Assembly: GCA_963833095.1 (NCBI GenBank)
Contig: CAWHWQ010000007.1
Span: 2,174 to 66,173 of the forward strand
Source of the DNA: Vulcanimicrobiota bacterium
GTDB lineage: Bacteria > Vulcanimicrobiota > Vulcanimicrobiia > Vulcanimicrobiales > Vulcanimicrobiaceae
DNA: 64,000 nt
Reading direction: 5' to 3'
Below the pieces are notes generated by a model. That model was not told the DNA's origin. It saw only the letters and a list, made by a program, of their open reading frames with translations, and made no database searches. Positions 48,577-57,529 of the stretch are shown here, piece after piece; the first letter of the stretch is position 1; each line of letters begins with the position of its first letter. The position numbers were made by a program, and so were the translations under genes.

Positions 48577-50106
48577 ATGTCCTTCGTCTCCGAACTCTTT
48601 GCGACGACCAACGTCGACAAACTTCGCGCGCTTGCACAACAACGGATTCTCAAGCGAGCGCTGACTGCAAAAGACCTCGTTGCAATTGGGCTCGGTACGA
48701 TGATCGGCGGCGGCATCTTCACCACCATCGGCACCGGGGTCGTCGGAGCCGGTCCGGCCGTGATCGTTTCGTATCTCCTCGCCGGGCTCACGTCGTTCTT
48801 TGCGGCGCTCTGTTACGCCGAACTCGGCGCGATGGTGCCCGTCGCGGGAAGTGCCTACACGTATGCGTATGCGACGATGGGCAAGCTCTTCGCGTGGATC
48901 ATCGGGTTCGCGTTGATTTTTGAATACGGAATCAGCGCCGCGCCGGTCGCGCAGCAATTCTCAGCCGCGATCCAAGACGTGCTCAAGAGCATCGGGATCA
49001 TGTTGCCCTACTGGGCACAGACGTCGAATCTGCACTTTACCGGGCCGTGGTGGATGCCCGCGAGTTGGGATCTGGCGCACTCACAATGCGACGTCGTCGG
49101 CGCCTTCTTCGTGATCGGCCTCTCGATCTTGCTCTCGATCGGCATTCGCGAAACGGCGACGACCAACAATATTTTCGTCGTCCTCAAGATCGGCGCACTT
49201 CTGGTTTTTATTGCCGCCGGAATCATGTTGTTCAATCCGGCGCACTTCTTGAATTTCGCACCCTACGGCCTGGGCGCGTTGAAGCCGTTCGGCGGCATGG
49301 CGGACTACTCGTCTTCGGCGCAGCCGTACGGAATCGTCGCCGTCAGCGCGTTCGTCTTCTTCAGCTACATTGGCTTCGATACGGCGACGACGACCGCCGA
49401 AGAATGCAAACAGCCTCAGCGCGATATTCCACTTGGCGTGATGGGGGCGCTTGGAATCGGTACGGTGCTGTATTGCGCGACCGCCGTGGTGCTCATCGGC
49501 GCCGTCCCGTGGGATAAGGTTCCGACCAAGGACCCGTTGGTCTTCGCTCTTGCGCCGTTGCACATGCCGTGGGTAAGCGCGATTATCACCATCGGCGTCC
49601 TCGCAGGCACGACCAGCGTCGCGCTTAGCTCGTTGCTGGGCCAGACGCGCATCTTCTACGTCATGGCGCGAGACAAGATGCTGCCGCCGCTGGTCGCGGT
49701 GATCAGCCCTCGGTTCAAGACGCCGGTGCGCACGACGATGATTACCGGGGTCGCAGTCGCCCTGCTCACCCTCATCGTCCCGCTCACCGATTTGCTCAAC
49801 CTGGTCAACATCGGAACGCTTATTGCGTTCACCGTCGTCTGCGCCGGCGTGCTCTATCTTCGCAAGCGCAAACCGGACCTTCCACGCACCTTCAAGGTCC
49901 CGTTCGTCCCGCTTTTCCCGATTCTGGGAATCGTGATGTCGCTGTTTCTTGCCGTGTTCGGTCTCTCGGCCCGCACCTGGACCTGGTTTGCGATCGCGCT
50001 GGTGGTCGGCCTGGTCTTCTTTTTCAGCTATGGCTTCCGAAAATCGAAGCCCGACGAGATCGAGCCGGTCATCGAGCCTGAGGGCATTTCCGAACAGTTC
50101 GTATAG
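48577..50106 (+). CDS. APC-superfamily amino acid permease (cationic amino acid transporter-like)
   Basis: 509 aa with about 12-14 hydrophobic spans. The N-terminal pattern 'LTAKDLVAIGLGTMIGGGIFTTIG' is typical of the APC/CAT family. Confidence 0.85.
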   Translation: MSFVSELFATTNVDKLRALAQQRILKRALTAKDLVAIGLGTMIGGGIFTTIGTGVVGAGPAVIVSYLLAGLTSFFAALCYAELGAMVPVAGSAYTYAYATMGKLFAWIIGFALIFEYGISAAPVAQQFSAAIQDVLKSIGIMLPYWAQTSNLHFTGPWWMPASWDLAHSQCDVVGAFFVIGLSILLSIGIRETATTNNIFVVLKIGALLVFIAAGIMLFNPAHFLNFAPYGLGALKPFGGMADYSSSAQPYGIVAVSAFVFFSYIGFDTATTTAEECKQPQRDIPLGVMGALGIGTVLYCATAVVLIGAVPWDKVPTKDPLVFALAPLHMPWVSAIITIGVLAGTTSVALSSLLGQTRIFYVMARDKMLPPLVAVISPRFKTPVRTTMITGVAVALLTLIVPLTDLLNLVNIGTLIAFTVVCAGVLYLRKRKPDLPRTFKVPFVPLFPILGIVMSLFLAVFGLSARTWTWFAIALVVGLVFFFSYGFRKSKPDEIEPVIEPEGISEQFV

Positions 50107-50255
50107 CTCGTGTAAACGCCGCGTAAGCGCAAAGGCTCGCTAGCGTTAACCTTTGGTAAGCCGCTGGTTATGAACGAATTAGCATTGCAGACCCAAGTCG
50201 CACTAGCCGATCATTCGCATTGGGTGTGATCTAGCGTAATTAATGAGGTGCTACC

Positions 50256-50912
50256 ATGGCTACCCTGTTTTCACGGGCCGCGAATCGTACGTTCTCACTG
50301 GCCCATTTGCGCGCCCACGCCACGCAGCTCTACGTCGTGCTCGCGTGGCTTCACATCCCCGCGGCCGCAGCGATCGCGATCGCATCGGGTAACTCGTGGC
50401 TAGCGCCCGTGTTTATCCTGTGGGCGGCGGCAACTACCGCGACCATCTGCGCCAAGCTGATGAACGATGGAATCGCCTTGCGTTCGATCGTCGCCGTCGC
50501 ACTGACCGTAGGACCGATCATGTTCGGCGTTGCCGGATTCGGTAACTGGCATGCGGACTCGAGCCTCTACTTCTTTGCGGTGTTCGCGATGCTCGTCGGA
50601 TACATCGACGCGCGGCCAATCCTGATCTCCGCCGCGCTTGCCGCCGCCTACGGTGTCGGCGCTTCGCTCGCCGCTTCATCGACGGTCTTTCCGGCCGAGG
50701 GCATGGATCGCTTCGTCATCCAAGCGGTGTGTGCGCTCATCGAGGTCATCACCCTCGTGCAGATCACCAAGGCCGCACGGACGATCTTCAACCGAGTCGA
50801 CGAATTCGTGGACTTTACGATGCGCGCGACTGCCGACGCGATCGCCGGACACCTAACCGATAACGCGGCACTGCAAGCCGAAATCGAACGCGTCCGTCGC
50901 GGCGCAGCATAA
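50256..50912 (+). CDS. Polytopic membrane protein, paralog A (His-poor copy)
   Basis: 218 aa with about 5 TM segments plus a C-terminal helical tail. It is clearly paralogous to 51001-51654 ('ATQLY..L.WLH.PA', 'ATICA/TR.M.DGI.LRSI.A.A.T.GP', 'YFFAVFAMLVGY.D.RPI.ISA', 'VFP.EG.DR'). Confidence 0.55.
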   Translation: MATLFSRAANRTFSLAHLRAHATQLYVVLAWLHIPAAAAIAIASGNSWLAPVFILWAAATTATICAKLMNDGIALRSIVAVALTVGPIMFGVAGFGNWHADSSLYFFAVFAMLVGYIDARPILISAALAAAYGVGASLAASSTVFPAEGMDRFVIQAVCALIEVITLVQITKAARTIFNRVDEFVDFTMRATADAIAGHLTDNAALQAEIERVRRGAA

Positions 50913-50947
50913 CACTCGCTTCAACCGTAACAACCCACCACCCGAGC

Positions 50948-50973
50948 AATGCGGCCGAGAAATCGGCCGCATT
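50948..50973 (+). terminator. Stem-loop (possible attenuating terminator) between the two paralogs
   Basis: The sequence is AATGCGGCCGA-gaaa-TCGGCCGCATT, a perfect 11-bp stem followed by an only moderately T-rich tail (GATTATG). Confidence 0.4.
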
Positions 50974-51000
50974 GATTATGCACTACACAAGGAGAGTATC

Positions 51001-51654
51001 TTGACCCTGGCAGGCATGCGCGCGCGCGCAACACAGCTCTATACGATCATTATCTGGCTCCACGTCCCCGCAGTCGCCCTCGTTGCTCTCAATGCGCGAA
51101 ATGCCTGGGCTGGTCCGGTAGCGTTTCTGGCGATCGTTGCGGTTCTCGCCACCATTTGTACGCGCACGATGAAAGATGGAATCACGCTACGCTCGATTAT
51201 CGCGATCGCAATCACGCTAGGGCCGGTTGCCTTCGTCTACGCCGGACGGGGAGACCTCAGCGGCATTTCTGGTCATGGCGATTGGCAGGTCGACTACCAC
51301 ATGTATTTCTTCGCCGTCTTCGCCATGCTCGTCGGCTACGTCGATTGGCGCCCGATCGTCATCTCCGCGGGCCTCACCGCCGTGCACCATCTGCTCTTCG
51401 ATCTTTTCGTTCCGTCGGCGGTCTTTCCCGAGGAAGGTCTGGATCGCGTCGCGCTCCATGCGCTCTGCGTGGTGGCGGAATGCGGCGTACTCATCTGGAT
51501 CACCAACACGATTGCCTCGCTCTTTGCCCGGATCGACGAGGTCATGAACTACACAACCAAAGCAACGGCCGACGCGATTGCCGACGAGATCGCCGAGAAG
51601 GCCGCACTGCAGGCGCAGCTCGATGAACTACGAACAGCGGTCGCCGCCCGATGA
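51001..51654 (+). CDS. Polytopic membrane protein, paralog B (His-rich copy)
   Basis: 217 aa from a TTG start preceded by AAGGAG. It contains 'WLHVP', 'WQVDYHMYFF', 'DWRP', 'TAVHHLLFDLFVPSAVFPEEGLDRVALHALCVV'. Confidence 0.55.
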   Translation: MTLAGMRARATQLYTIIIWLHVPAVALVALNARNAWAGPVAFLAIVAVLATICTRTMKDGITLRSIIAIAITLGPVAFVYAGRGDLSGISGHGDWQVDYHMYFFAVFAMLVGYVDWRPIVISAGLTAVHHLLFDLFVPSAVFPEEGLDRVALHALCVVAECGVLIWITNTIASLFARIDEVMNYTTKATADAIADEIAEKAALQAQLDELRTAVAAR

Positions 51655-51875
51655 CGAGCATCTCCAACATCATCCTCTACTTCGGATCAAACTCGGATAC
51701 GATGATCGCCGGGAAGGCACTGCGGGACGCCGGCGTCACCGCGAAGATGATGCCCAAACCAGCGAGCGTAGCCTCCGACACGAACCTCTGCCTCGCGATC
51801 GCAGCCGAAGCGGAATCAACGGCAAAGGCAGCCATCTCCAGCGCCGGAATAGCGCTTGGGGGTATTGCAGCGTAG
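51651..51875 (+). CDS. DUF3343-like (putative Se/S-carrier-like) small protein
   Basis: 74 aa with an ATGA overlap onto the preceding gene. 'IILYFGSNSDTMIAGKALRDAGVTAKMMPKP.SV.....LCLAI' fits the DUF3343 pattern as I remember it (F.s...A...e..L...gi.....P.P......CG.ai), including the single Cys. Confidence 0.5.
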   Translation: MTSISNIILYFGSNSDTMIAGKALRDAGVTAKMMPKPASVASDTNLCLAIAAEAESTAKAAISSAGIALGGIAA

Positions 51876-51893
51876 GACGGTTCAGCCGTCCTA
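51873..51893. terminator. Shared hairpin spanning both stop codons of convergent genes
   Basis: TAGGACGG-ttcag-CCGTCCTA. The plus-strand TAG (51873-75) and the minus-strand TAG (51893-91) form the base of an 8-bp stem. There is no strong T tract. Confidence 0.3.
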
Positions 51894-52364
51894 TTGAGCT
51901 TGGGCGGGTGGTGCGGGTGCCGCCTCGCCGATGCCGGGCGTCATGACGTCAACGCGCGCGGTCCGCGCGTTGTAGGCCGCGTGAACGCCGAAGGCGCGCG
52001 CAATTGCGCGCAAGCCGATCATCACCCGGCCACGCACCCGGAACGGCGCATGCTCGAGGGTAAAAGGCATCCCGTTGATCGACGCATGAGCGTCCCCAAC
52101 TCGTAAGCGCAGCGACTCTGTACCGCGCACGACATAGATGTTGGAGCCGTCAACGGAGGTTTGCGCACCAAGGGCATCAGCCAGCGAGCGCACCGGCACG
52201 AAAACATGATTTCCCGCTGTCGAAACCGGCGGCACATCGCTCTCCACATGCTGGCCGTCGACGATCATGTCGACCGGGCGTGAAAAGGCCAGCGTCGTCG
52301 ACGCCAGCGTGGCGACAACCGCCGCGAGAACAAGCGAGCGCACTGACGGCTTGCGATAGGTCAT
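51891..52364 (-). CDS. Copper amine oxidase N-terminal (stalk-like) domain protein
   Basis: 157 aa with a signal peptide. 'VDGQHVESDVPPVSTAGNHVFVPVRSLADALGA' and 'INGMPFTLEHAPFRVRGRVMIGLRAIARAFG' are the two halves of a Cu_amine_oxidN1-type domain. Confidence 0.6.
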   Translation of the reverse strand: MTYRKPSVRSLVLAAVVATLASTTLAFSRPVDMIVDGQHVESDVPPVSTAGNHVFVPVRSLADALGAQTSVDGSNIYVVRGTESLRLRVGDAHASINGMPFTLEHAPFRVRGRVMIGLRAIARAFGVHAAYNARTARVDVMTPGIGEAAPAPPAQAQ

Positions 52365-53551
52365 GACACCGCGCTCGTGATCTCGCTTGCATAGTCGGGA
52401 TATTTCTCGGCGATCACTTTCTCGATTTCCAAGCGCAGCATGCCGAGCAGCTCGTCTTCGGGATAGGTGCCGACCAACTCACCGGCGCGATAAATCGCGC
52501 CCTTGCCTTTACCGCCTGCGACGCCCACGTCGGCCATCTTGGATTCGCCCGGCCCATTGACCACGCAACCCATTACGGCCACCTTGACCGGGGCGCTGTA
52601 TTCTTTGGCGATCGCTTCGACCGCGCGCCCAAGCTCGAGCACCGAGATCTCGGCGCGCCCGCATGACGGACACGCGGTGATCTCAAAGCCTTTCTCGCGT
52701 AGGCCCAGTGATTTGAGAATCGACCAGCATACCGGCACTTCTTCCACCGGGTCGGCTGCGAGCGACACGCGAATCGTATCGCCGATGCCTTCAAAAAGCA
52801 GAATGCCCAGGCCAATCGATGACTTGATCGTGCCGTCGCGCAAGAGCCCCGCTTCGGTGATGCCCAAATGCAAGGGATAGGGCGTATTGCGTTCTCGCAG
52901 CCGCTGATCCATCAAACGATACGCGGCAACCGTCGTCATAACATCATGCGCTTTGAGCGAGATCGCGATATCGGTGTGGCCGTGCTCTTCGAGAATCGCG
53001 ACGTGGCGAAGCGCCGACTCGACCATCGCCTCGGCGGTGAGACCGAGCGTCTTCTCGAGATCGGGCGCAAGCGAACCCATATTGACTCCGACGCGAATCG
53101 GAATCTCACGCGCTTTGGCCGCGGTCACGACCTCGACGACCTTTTTCGGGTCGCGAATGTTGCCGGGATTCAAACGCAACTTCGCCACGCCGGCCTCGAT
53201 AGCCGCAAGCGCCATCTTGTGATCGAAGTGGATGTCGGCCACGATCGGCACGGGTGAACGATAGACGATCGCCGGCAAGCCGGCCGCGTCGGGCGGATCC
53301 TTGACGGTAACCCGCACGATCTCGCAACCTTCCATCGCGAGTGCGTAGATCTGCTGCAGCGTCGCATCGGCATCGGCTGTATCGGTGGTCGTCATCGACT
53401 GCACCGCGACTGGATGATCGCCGCCAATCCACACGCTCTTGGCGTCGGATTTACCGGTCTTGTTCTGCAAGAAGATCGGGTTCGATTTGCGTCGCAAGCG
53501 AATCACGATTCTAAAATACCCCTTGGCCGGAGAAGATCTTGGCGATGTCAT
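52361..53551 (-). CDS. ispG: 4-hydroxy-3-methylbut-2-en-1-yl diphosphate synthase
   Basis: 'GGDHPVAVQSMTTTDT', 'RLNPGNI', 'ITACPSCGR' and 'VAVMGCVVNGPGE' are IspG motifs. The start is uncertain because the ORF start overlaps rseP by 41 nt. Confidence 0.9.
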   Translation of the reverse strand: MTSPRSSPAKGYFRIVIRLRRKSNPIFLQNKTGKSDAKSVWIGGDHPVAVQSMTTTDTADADATLQQIYALAMEGCEIVRVTVKDPPDAAGLPAIVYRSPVPIVADIHFDHKMALAAIEAGVAKLRLNPGNIRDPKKVVEVVTAAKAREIPIRVGVNMGSLAPDLEKTLGLTAEAMVESALRHVAILEEHGHTDIAISLKAHDVMTTVAAYRLMDQRLRERNTPYPLHLGITEAGLLRDGTIKSSIGLGILLFEGIGDTIRVSLAADPVEEVPVCWSILKSLGLREKGFEITACPSCGRAEISVLELGRAVEAIAKEYSAPVKVAVMGCVVNGPGESKMADVGVAGGKGKGAIYRAGELVGTYPEDELLGMLRLEIEKVIAEKYPDYASEITSAVS

Positions 53552-54665
53552 GGAAGGCGACGAGTAACATCAGCGCCATCAGCGCGGCGAAGCCCGCGAT
53601 GTGCACCAGCGCTTCCTTATCGGGATCAACCGGTTTGCCGCGCAATAGTTCGGCAACGATGAACACAGCGCGTCCGCCATCGAGCGCCGGAATCGGCAAC
53701 AAGTTGAAGAGTCCAAGCGCAAATGAGATCGTCGCCGCGAGCGTCAGATACGGTCCCCAGCCAAAGTCTTGCACCACGCCGGCGACTTGCGCCATGCCGA
53801 CCGGGCCCGAAACTTGCCCTGCATATTTGGTAAATTGGGTGACCAGTAAGCCGAGTGAAGAGAACGTCTGGTCGGCTACGCCGACGTATTCGAGGCCCGT
53901 GTAGCGCAAGGCCGCGGCAAGCCCGACGCGCTCGTAAGCCGGCGCAGGCGAGAATCCGATGCAGCCTTGTTTCGCGTTTTGCGGGCACGGCTTCGGCCGG
54001 ATGTGAATCGTCTTGGCAACGCCGTCTTGTTCGTAGGTTACATCGATGGTTTTCCCCAGCGCCCCGTGGATGGTATCGACCAGTTGGTTCGCGGCGGTCA
54101 CATCCTTCCCGCCGACGCTCACGCCGACGATGCGGTCGCCCGGACGCAACCCATCTGTCGCGGCTGGGTAGCCGGGCATCACGACCATCACGATCGCGCG
54201 ATCGATGCGGTCACTTGGAACGCCGAACGCGAGCGCACCGATGAGCAGAATGATGTAGGCCAGCACGAAGTTCGCAACCGGACCAGCGAGGATGATCGAC
54301 AAGCGGTTCCACGGACTCTTGGATTGAAAATTCTGACTTGCAATCCTCGGGTTGGTGCTGAGTACGGTTGCCTGCTCGCGGAACTCGCGCTGCTGCACCG
54401 CCTCGGTGGTTTTGTTGTCCTCGCCTTCCATCGCGCAGTACCCGCCGATCGGCAACACGCGCAGCGAATAGAGTGTGCCGCTACGCGGGCTTACCCATCC
54501 AAAGAGTTTGGGGCCCATGCCGACGGCAAACTCGTTGACGCGTACACCGTTGCGGCGCGCCACGATGAAGTGCCCGTACTCGTGCAGCACGATAAGAATC
54601 GAGAGCATCACGATGAACGTGACGATCTTGTCGATCGATGCGAGGGTAATGACTGCTAGCAACAC
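53511..54665 (-). CDS. rseP: RIP metalloprotease RseP (M50 site-2 protease)
   Basis: 384 aa. It has 'VLHEYGHFIVARRNGV' (HExxH), a central PDZ-like segment, and 'FNLLPIPALDGG'. Confidence 0.88.
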   Translation of the reverse strand: MLLAVITLASIDKIVTFIVMLSILIVLHEYGHFIVARRNGVRVNEFAVGMGPKLFGWVSPRSGTLYSLRVLPIGGYCAMEGEDNKTTEAVQQREFREQATVLSTNPRIASQNFQSKSPWNRLSIILAGPVANFVLAYIILLIGALAFGVPSDRIDRAIVMVVMPGYPAATDGLRPGDRIVGVSVGGKDVTAANQLVDTIHGALGKTIDVTYEQDGVAKTIHIRPKPCPQNAKQGCIGFSPAPAYERVGLAAALRYTGLEYVGVADQTFSSLGLLVTQFTKYAGQVSGPVGMAQVAGVVQDFGWGPYLTLAATISFALGLFNLLPIPALDGGRAVFIVAELLRGKPVDPDKEALVHIAGFAALMALMLLVAFHDIAKIFSGQGVF

Positions 54666-55808
54666 CTGATGTCCTTTACGTACTCCGCGGCCACGAGACG
54701 CGCGTCCGAATCTGATTCTCGAATGTAAGCAAGGGTTGCATCCCGGTGTGCCACCCGATCCAACGTGGTTTCGATGATTCGCGCGATCTCACCGAACCGA
54801 ACCTTTCCTTCGACAAAAGACCGCACCGCGACTTCGTTGGCTGCCGAAAGGACCGCCGGGGCGGTGCCTCCCCGAGCGAGCGCCTGATAGGCCAGCCGTA
54901 GACACGGGAAACGTTCGAAATCCGGCCGTTCAAAGTCATAACGCAGAGCGGATACTTCCGGTTGAGCCCCCAGGATACGCAGTGGGTCAACGGTAGCCTG
55001 TAGACCTGACAGGCGCTGGGGAAAGCTGAGGGCGTATCCGATGGGAATGCGCATGTCCGGGGCGCAGAGCTGGCCTTTCACGCTGCCGTCGGTGAACACC
55101 ACAAAGCCGTGAGCGATCGACTGGGGATGCACTACTATGAGGACGCGGTCGCCAGGCTGACCGAAGAGGCGACTGGCCTCGATCGCTTCGAGGCCCTTGT
55201 TCATCATCGTGGCTGAATCAATGGTGTTTTTGGTGCCCATGCGCCAGGTCGGGTGCGCGAGGGCACGCTCGAGGGTCGCCTCTGCCATCTCGGCGGCGCC
55301 GGCATTGCGGAACGGGCCGCCCGAGGCGGTCAGCACGATTGCCGCCACGCTGGCCGGGTCCTCCCCGACGAGGCACTGGAAAATGGCGCTGTGCTCGGAG
55401 TCCACCGGGAGCAGCTTGCTGCCGCTGCATGCTGCCGCAGCCAGCATCACCTCGCCGGCGGCGACGATGAGTTCTTTGTTCGCGACCGCCACGTCGGTGC
55501 CGCGTTCGATCGCGGCAAGCACCGCGTCGAAGGCCACCGCACCGTCGGTTGCGGCGAGCACGATGTCCGGTTGAGTCTCGATCGCGACGCGCAGCAAGCC
55601 GGCCGCGCCGTCGGCGGCGCTGGTTGCAATCTCAGGATCGAAGCGCTCCCATTGCTCGCGCAGCAACGTGACATTGCGTCCCGCCGCCAGCCCGACGACC
55701 TTGAAACGCTCCGGATAGGGACGCGATCACGTCGAGCGCCTGCGTGCCGATCGAACCGGTCGATCCGAGAATGGCGACGCGCTTCTTCGTTCCTTGCGTG
55801 CCGCTCAC
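54656..55808 (-). pseudogene. dxr: 1-deoxy-D-xylulose-5-phosphate reductoisomerase, single +1 frameshift at a CCC run (~55718-55720)
   Basis: The main ORF 54656-55666 contains 'LPVDSEHSAIFQCL'. Hand translation from GTG 55808 gives 'KKRVAILGSTGSIGTQALDVIAS', then 'YPERFKVVGLAAGRNVTLLREQWERF' follows one nt out of frame. The length is 3n+1, and a GTGA overlap joins it to cdsA. Confidence 0.88.
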
Positions 55809-56611
55809 TGCGGAACCACCAAGACGCCGAGCAAATGCAGCGTGCCAAAGTACGCCATGCCGCCAAAGAGATACGAATCGAAACGGTCGAGTACGCCGCC
55901 GTGCCCTTGGATAATCTGCCCCGTGTCTTTCACGCCGGCATCGCGTTTGAGCGCCGACTCGGCTAAGTCACCAGCCTGCGCCGCAATCGAGGTTGTGAGG
56001 CCCAGCGCGAGTCCTTGCCACGCCGTGAGATGCAGCTGCGGAACCCATGCTGCCGCCGCAGCGCCGACGGCCGCGACGATGAGCAGCGCGCCGACCGAAC
56101 CTTCGACGGTTTTCTTCGGCGAAATCTTGGTGAGTTGATGACGGCCGATGAGCGAACCGACGACCATCCCGCAGATATCGGTGAGTGCAATGAGCACCAC
56201 GACGTCATAGGTCCACCAGATGCCCAAAATTGGGATCGAACGCAAGAAAATGAAATAGGTGAGGAGCTTGCCGATGTAGAGTACCGCGAGCAGCGTATAG
56301 GCCGTGCGGGCGAAGTAGCCTTTCTCATCGGCACTGTACATGCCGATCGAAAAACTCGCGATCGTGATTCCGGCGAGAAGCACACCTTCCCACTTGTGCA
56401 AGAGATCGAACATCGCGAGCACGATATAGCCGACGACGCCGACGATCGCGACCGGATACTCGAGCGGCTGTCCTTTGATCTCACAGAGCGCATTGAGCTC
56501 ATAGAGCATGATCACGCCCAGAACCAGCACGAACAGATCGAACGTCCACACGTTCGTCACGAGCGTCAGCCCAACGGCGGCCAAGATCAAGCCGACGATC
56601 ACGCGACGCAT
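55805..56611 (-). CDS. cdsA: Phosphatidate cytidylyltransferase
   Basis: 268 aa. It carries the signature 'SALKRDAGVKDTGQIIQGHGGVLDRFDS'. Confidence 0.88.
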   Translation of the reverse strand: MRRVIVGLILAAVGLTLVTNVWTFDLFVLVLGVIMLYELNALCEIKGQPLEYPVAIVGVVGYIVLAMFDLLHKWEGVLLAGITIASFSIGMYSADEKGYFARTAYTLLAVLYIGKLLTYFIFLRSIPILGIWWTYDVVVLIALTDICGMVVGSLIGRHQLTKISPKKTVEGSVGALLIVAAVGAAAAAWVPQLHLTAWQGLALGLTTSIAAQAGDLAESALKRDAGVKDTGQIIQGHGGVLDRFDSYLFGGMAYFGTLHLLGVLVVPQ

Positions 56612-56619
56612 GATGTGCG

Positions 56620-57366
56620 CTATTCTCCGAAGCGCCGCTGGCGTTGGGCGTAATCGCGCACGGCTTGCGCGAGATGTTCGCCCGAGAAATCCGGCCAGTA
56701 GACCTCGCTCATGACCAGCTCGCTATACGCGGCTTGATAGAGTAAGAAATTCGAAAGACGCTGCTCGCCGCCCGGGCGAATCAACAAGTCGGGATCGGGA
56801 ACGCCTGCCGTGTAGAGGTACGACGAGATCAACGCGTCATCGATCTGTTCGGGCGAGAGCTTCCCGCTACGAACGTCGGTTGCAATCGCGCGCACCGCGC
56901 GTTCGAGCTCGCTACGCGAGCTGTAGTTTACCGCGAGGTTGAGGATCAGCCCAGTGTTCGATTCCGTCCCCTGCCGCAGCGAGTCCAATGCGTCGCGCGA
57001 GCGCTCCGGCAACACCTGCCAGTCGCCGATAATCCGCACGCGCACATTCTTGCGCTGCAACTCGGCCAGTTCACTCTTGGCAAAGTACACGCACAGGTCG
57101 AAGAGAAAGTCTATCTCCGCGGCGTCACGGCGCCAATTCTCGGTCGAAAAACCGTAGACGGTTACGATCTCGATGCCAAGGTCGCTGGCCGCTTGGGTCA
57201 CGCGGCGTAAGGCGACGATCCCGCGACGATGTCCTTCGAGCGCAGGCAATCCCCGTTCGCGCGCCCACCGGCGGTTGCCGTCCATGATAATCGCAACGTG
57301 CCGCGGCACGGCGCACTCAATCGGGACGATCATCAGGATTCGTATCCGCAAACGAGATCGATGCAA
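56620..57366 (-). CDS. uppS: Isoprenyl transferase (undecaprenyl diphosphate synthase)
   Basis: 'PRHVAIIMDGNRRWA' and 'IRPGGEQRLSNFLLYQAAYSEL' are present. The start may be ATG 57366 or ATG 57333. Confidence 0.9.
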   Translation of the reverse strand: MHRSRLRIRILMIVPIECAVPRHVAIIMDGNRRWARERGLPALEGHRRGIVALRRVTQAASDLGIEIVTVYGFSTENWRRDAAEIDFLFDLCVYFAKSELAELQRKNVRVRIIGDWQVLPERSRDALDSLRQGTESNTGLILNLAVNYSSRSELERAVRAIATDVRSGKLSPEQIDDALISSYLYTAGVPDPDLLIRPGGEQRLSNFLLYQAAYSELVMSEVYWPDFSGEHLAQAVRDYAQRQRRFGE

Positions 57367-57521
57367 TCGTCGCGCTCGGTCGTACGCAAGACGCGTAGCG
57401 TACCGACGCCGAGCGCAGGTCCCACAGGTGCCAAGACGCTCAAGCGCAAGCGGCGCCCGGCCAAGACGGCGCGTGCTTCCACTTCGGGCATTAGGGTGAG
57501 GTCGGCGTTGGTGTCTGGCAT
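57333..57521 (-). CDS. Candidate small protein (62 aa) between frr and uppS
   Basis: The ORF starts 8 nt after the frr stop, and its TGA overlaps the ATG at 57333 (TGATG). GC3 looks coding-like by eye. I recognise no family and no clear SD, and it competes with the longer uppS start. Confidence 0.3.
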   Translation of the reverse strand: MPDTNADLTLMPEVEARAVLAGRRLRLSVLAPVGPALGVGTLRVLRTTERDDCIDLVCGYES

Positions 57522-57529
57522 GGAAGCCG

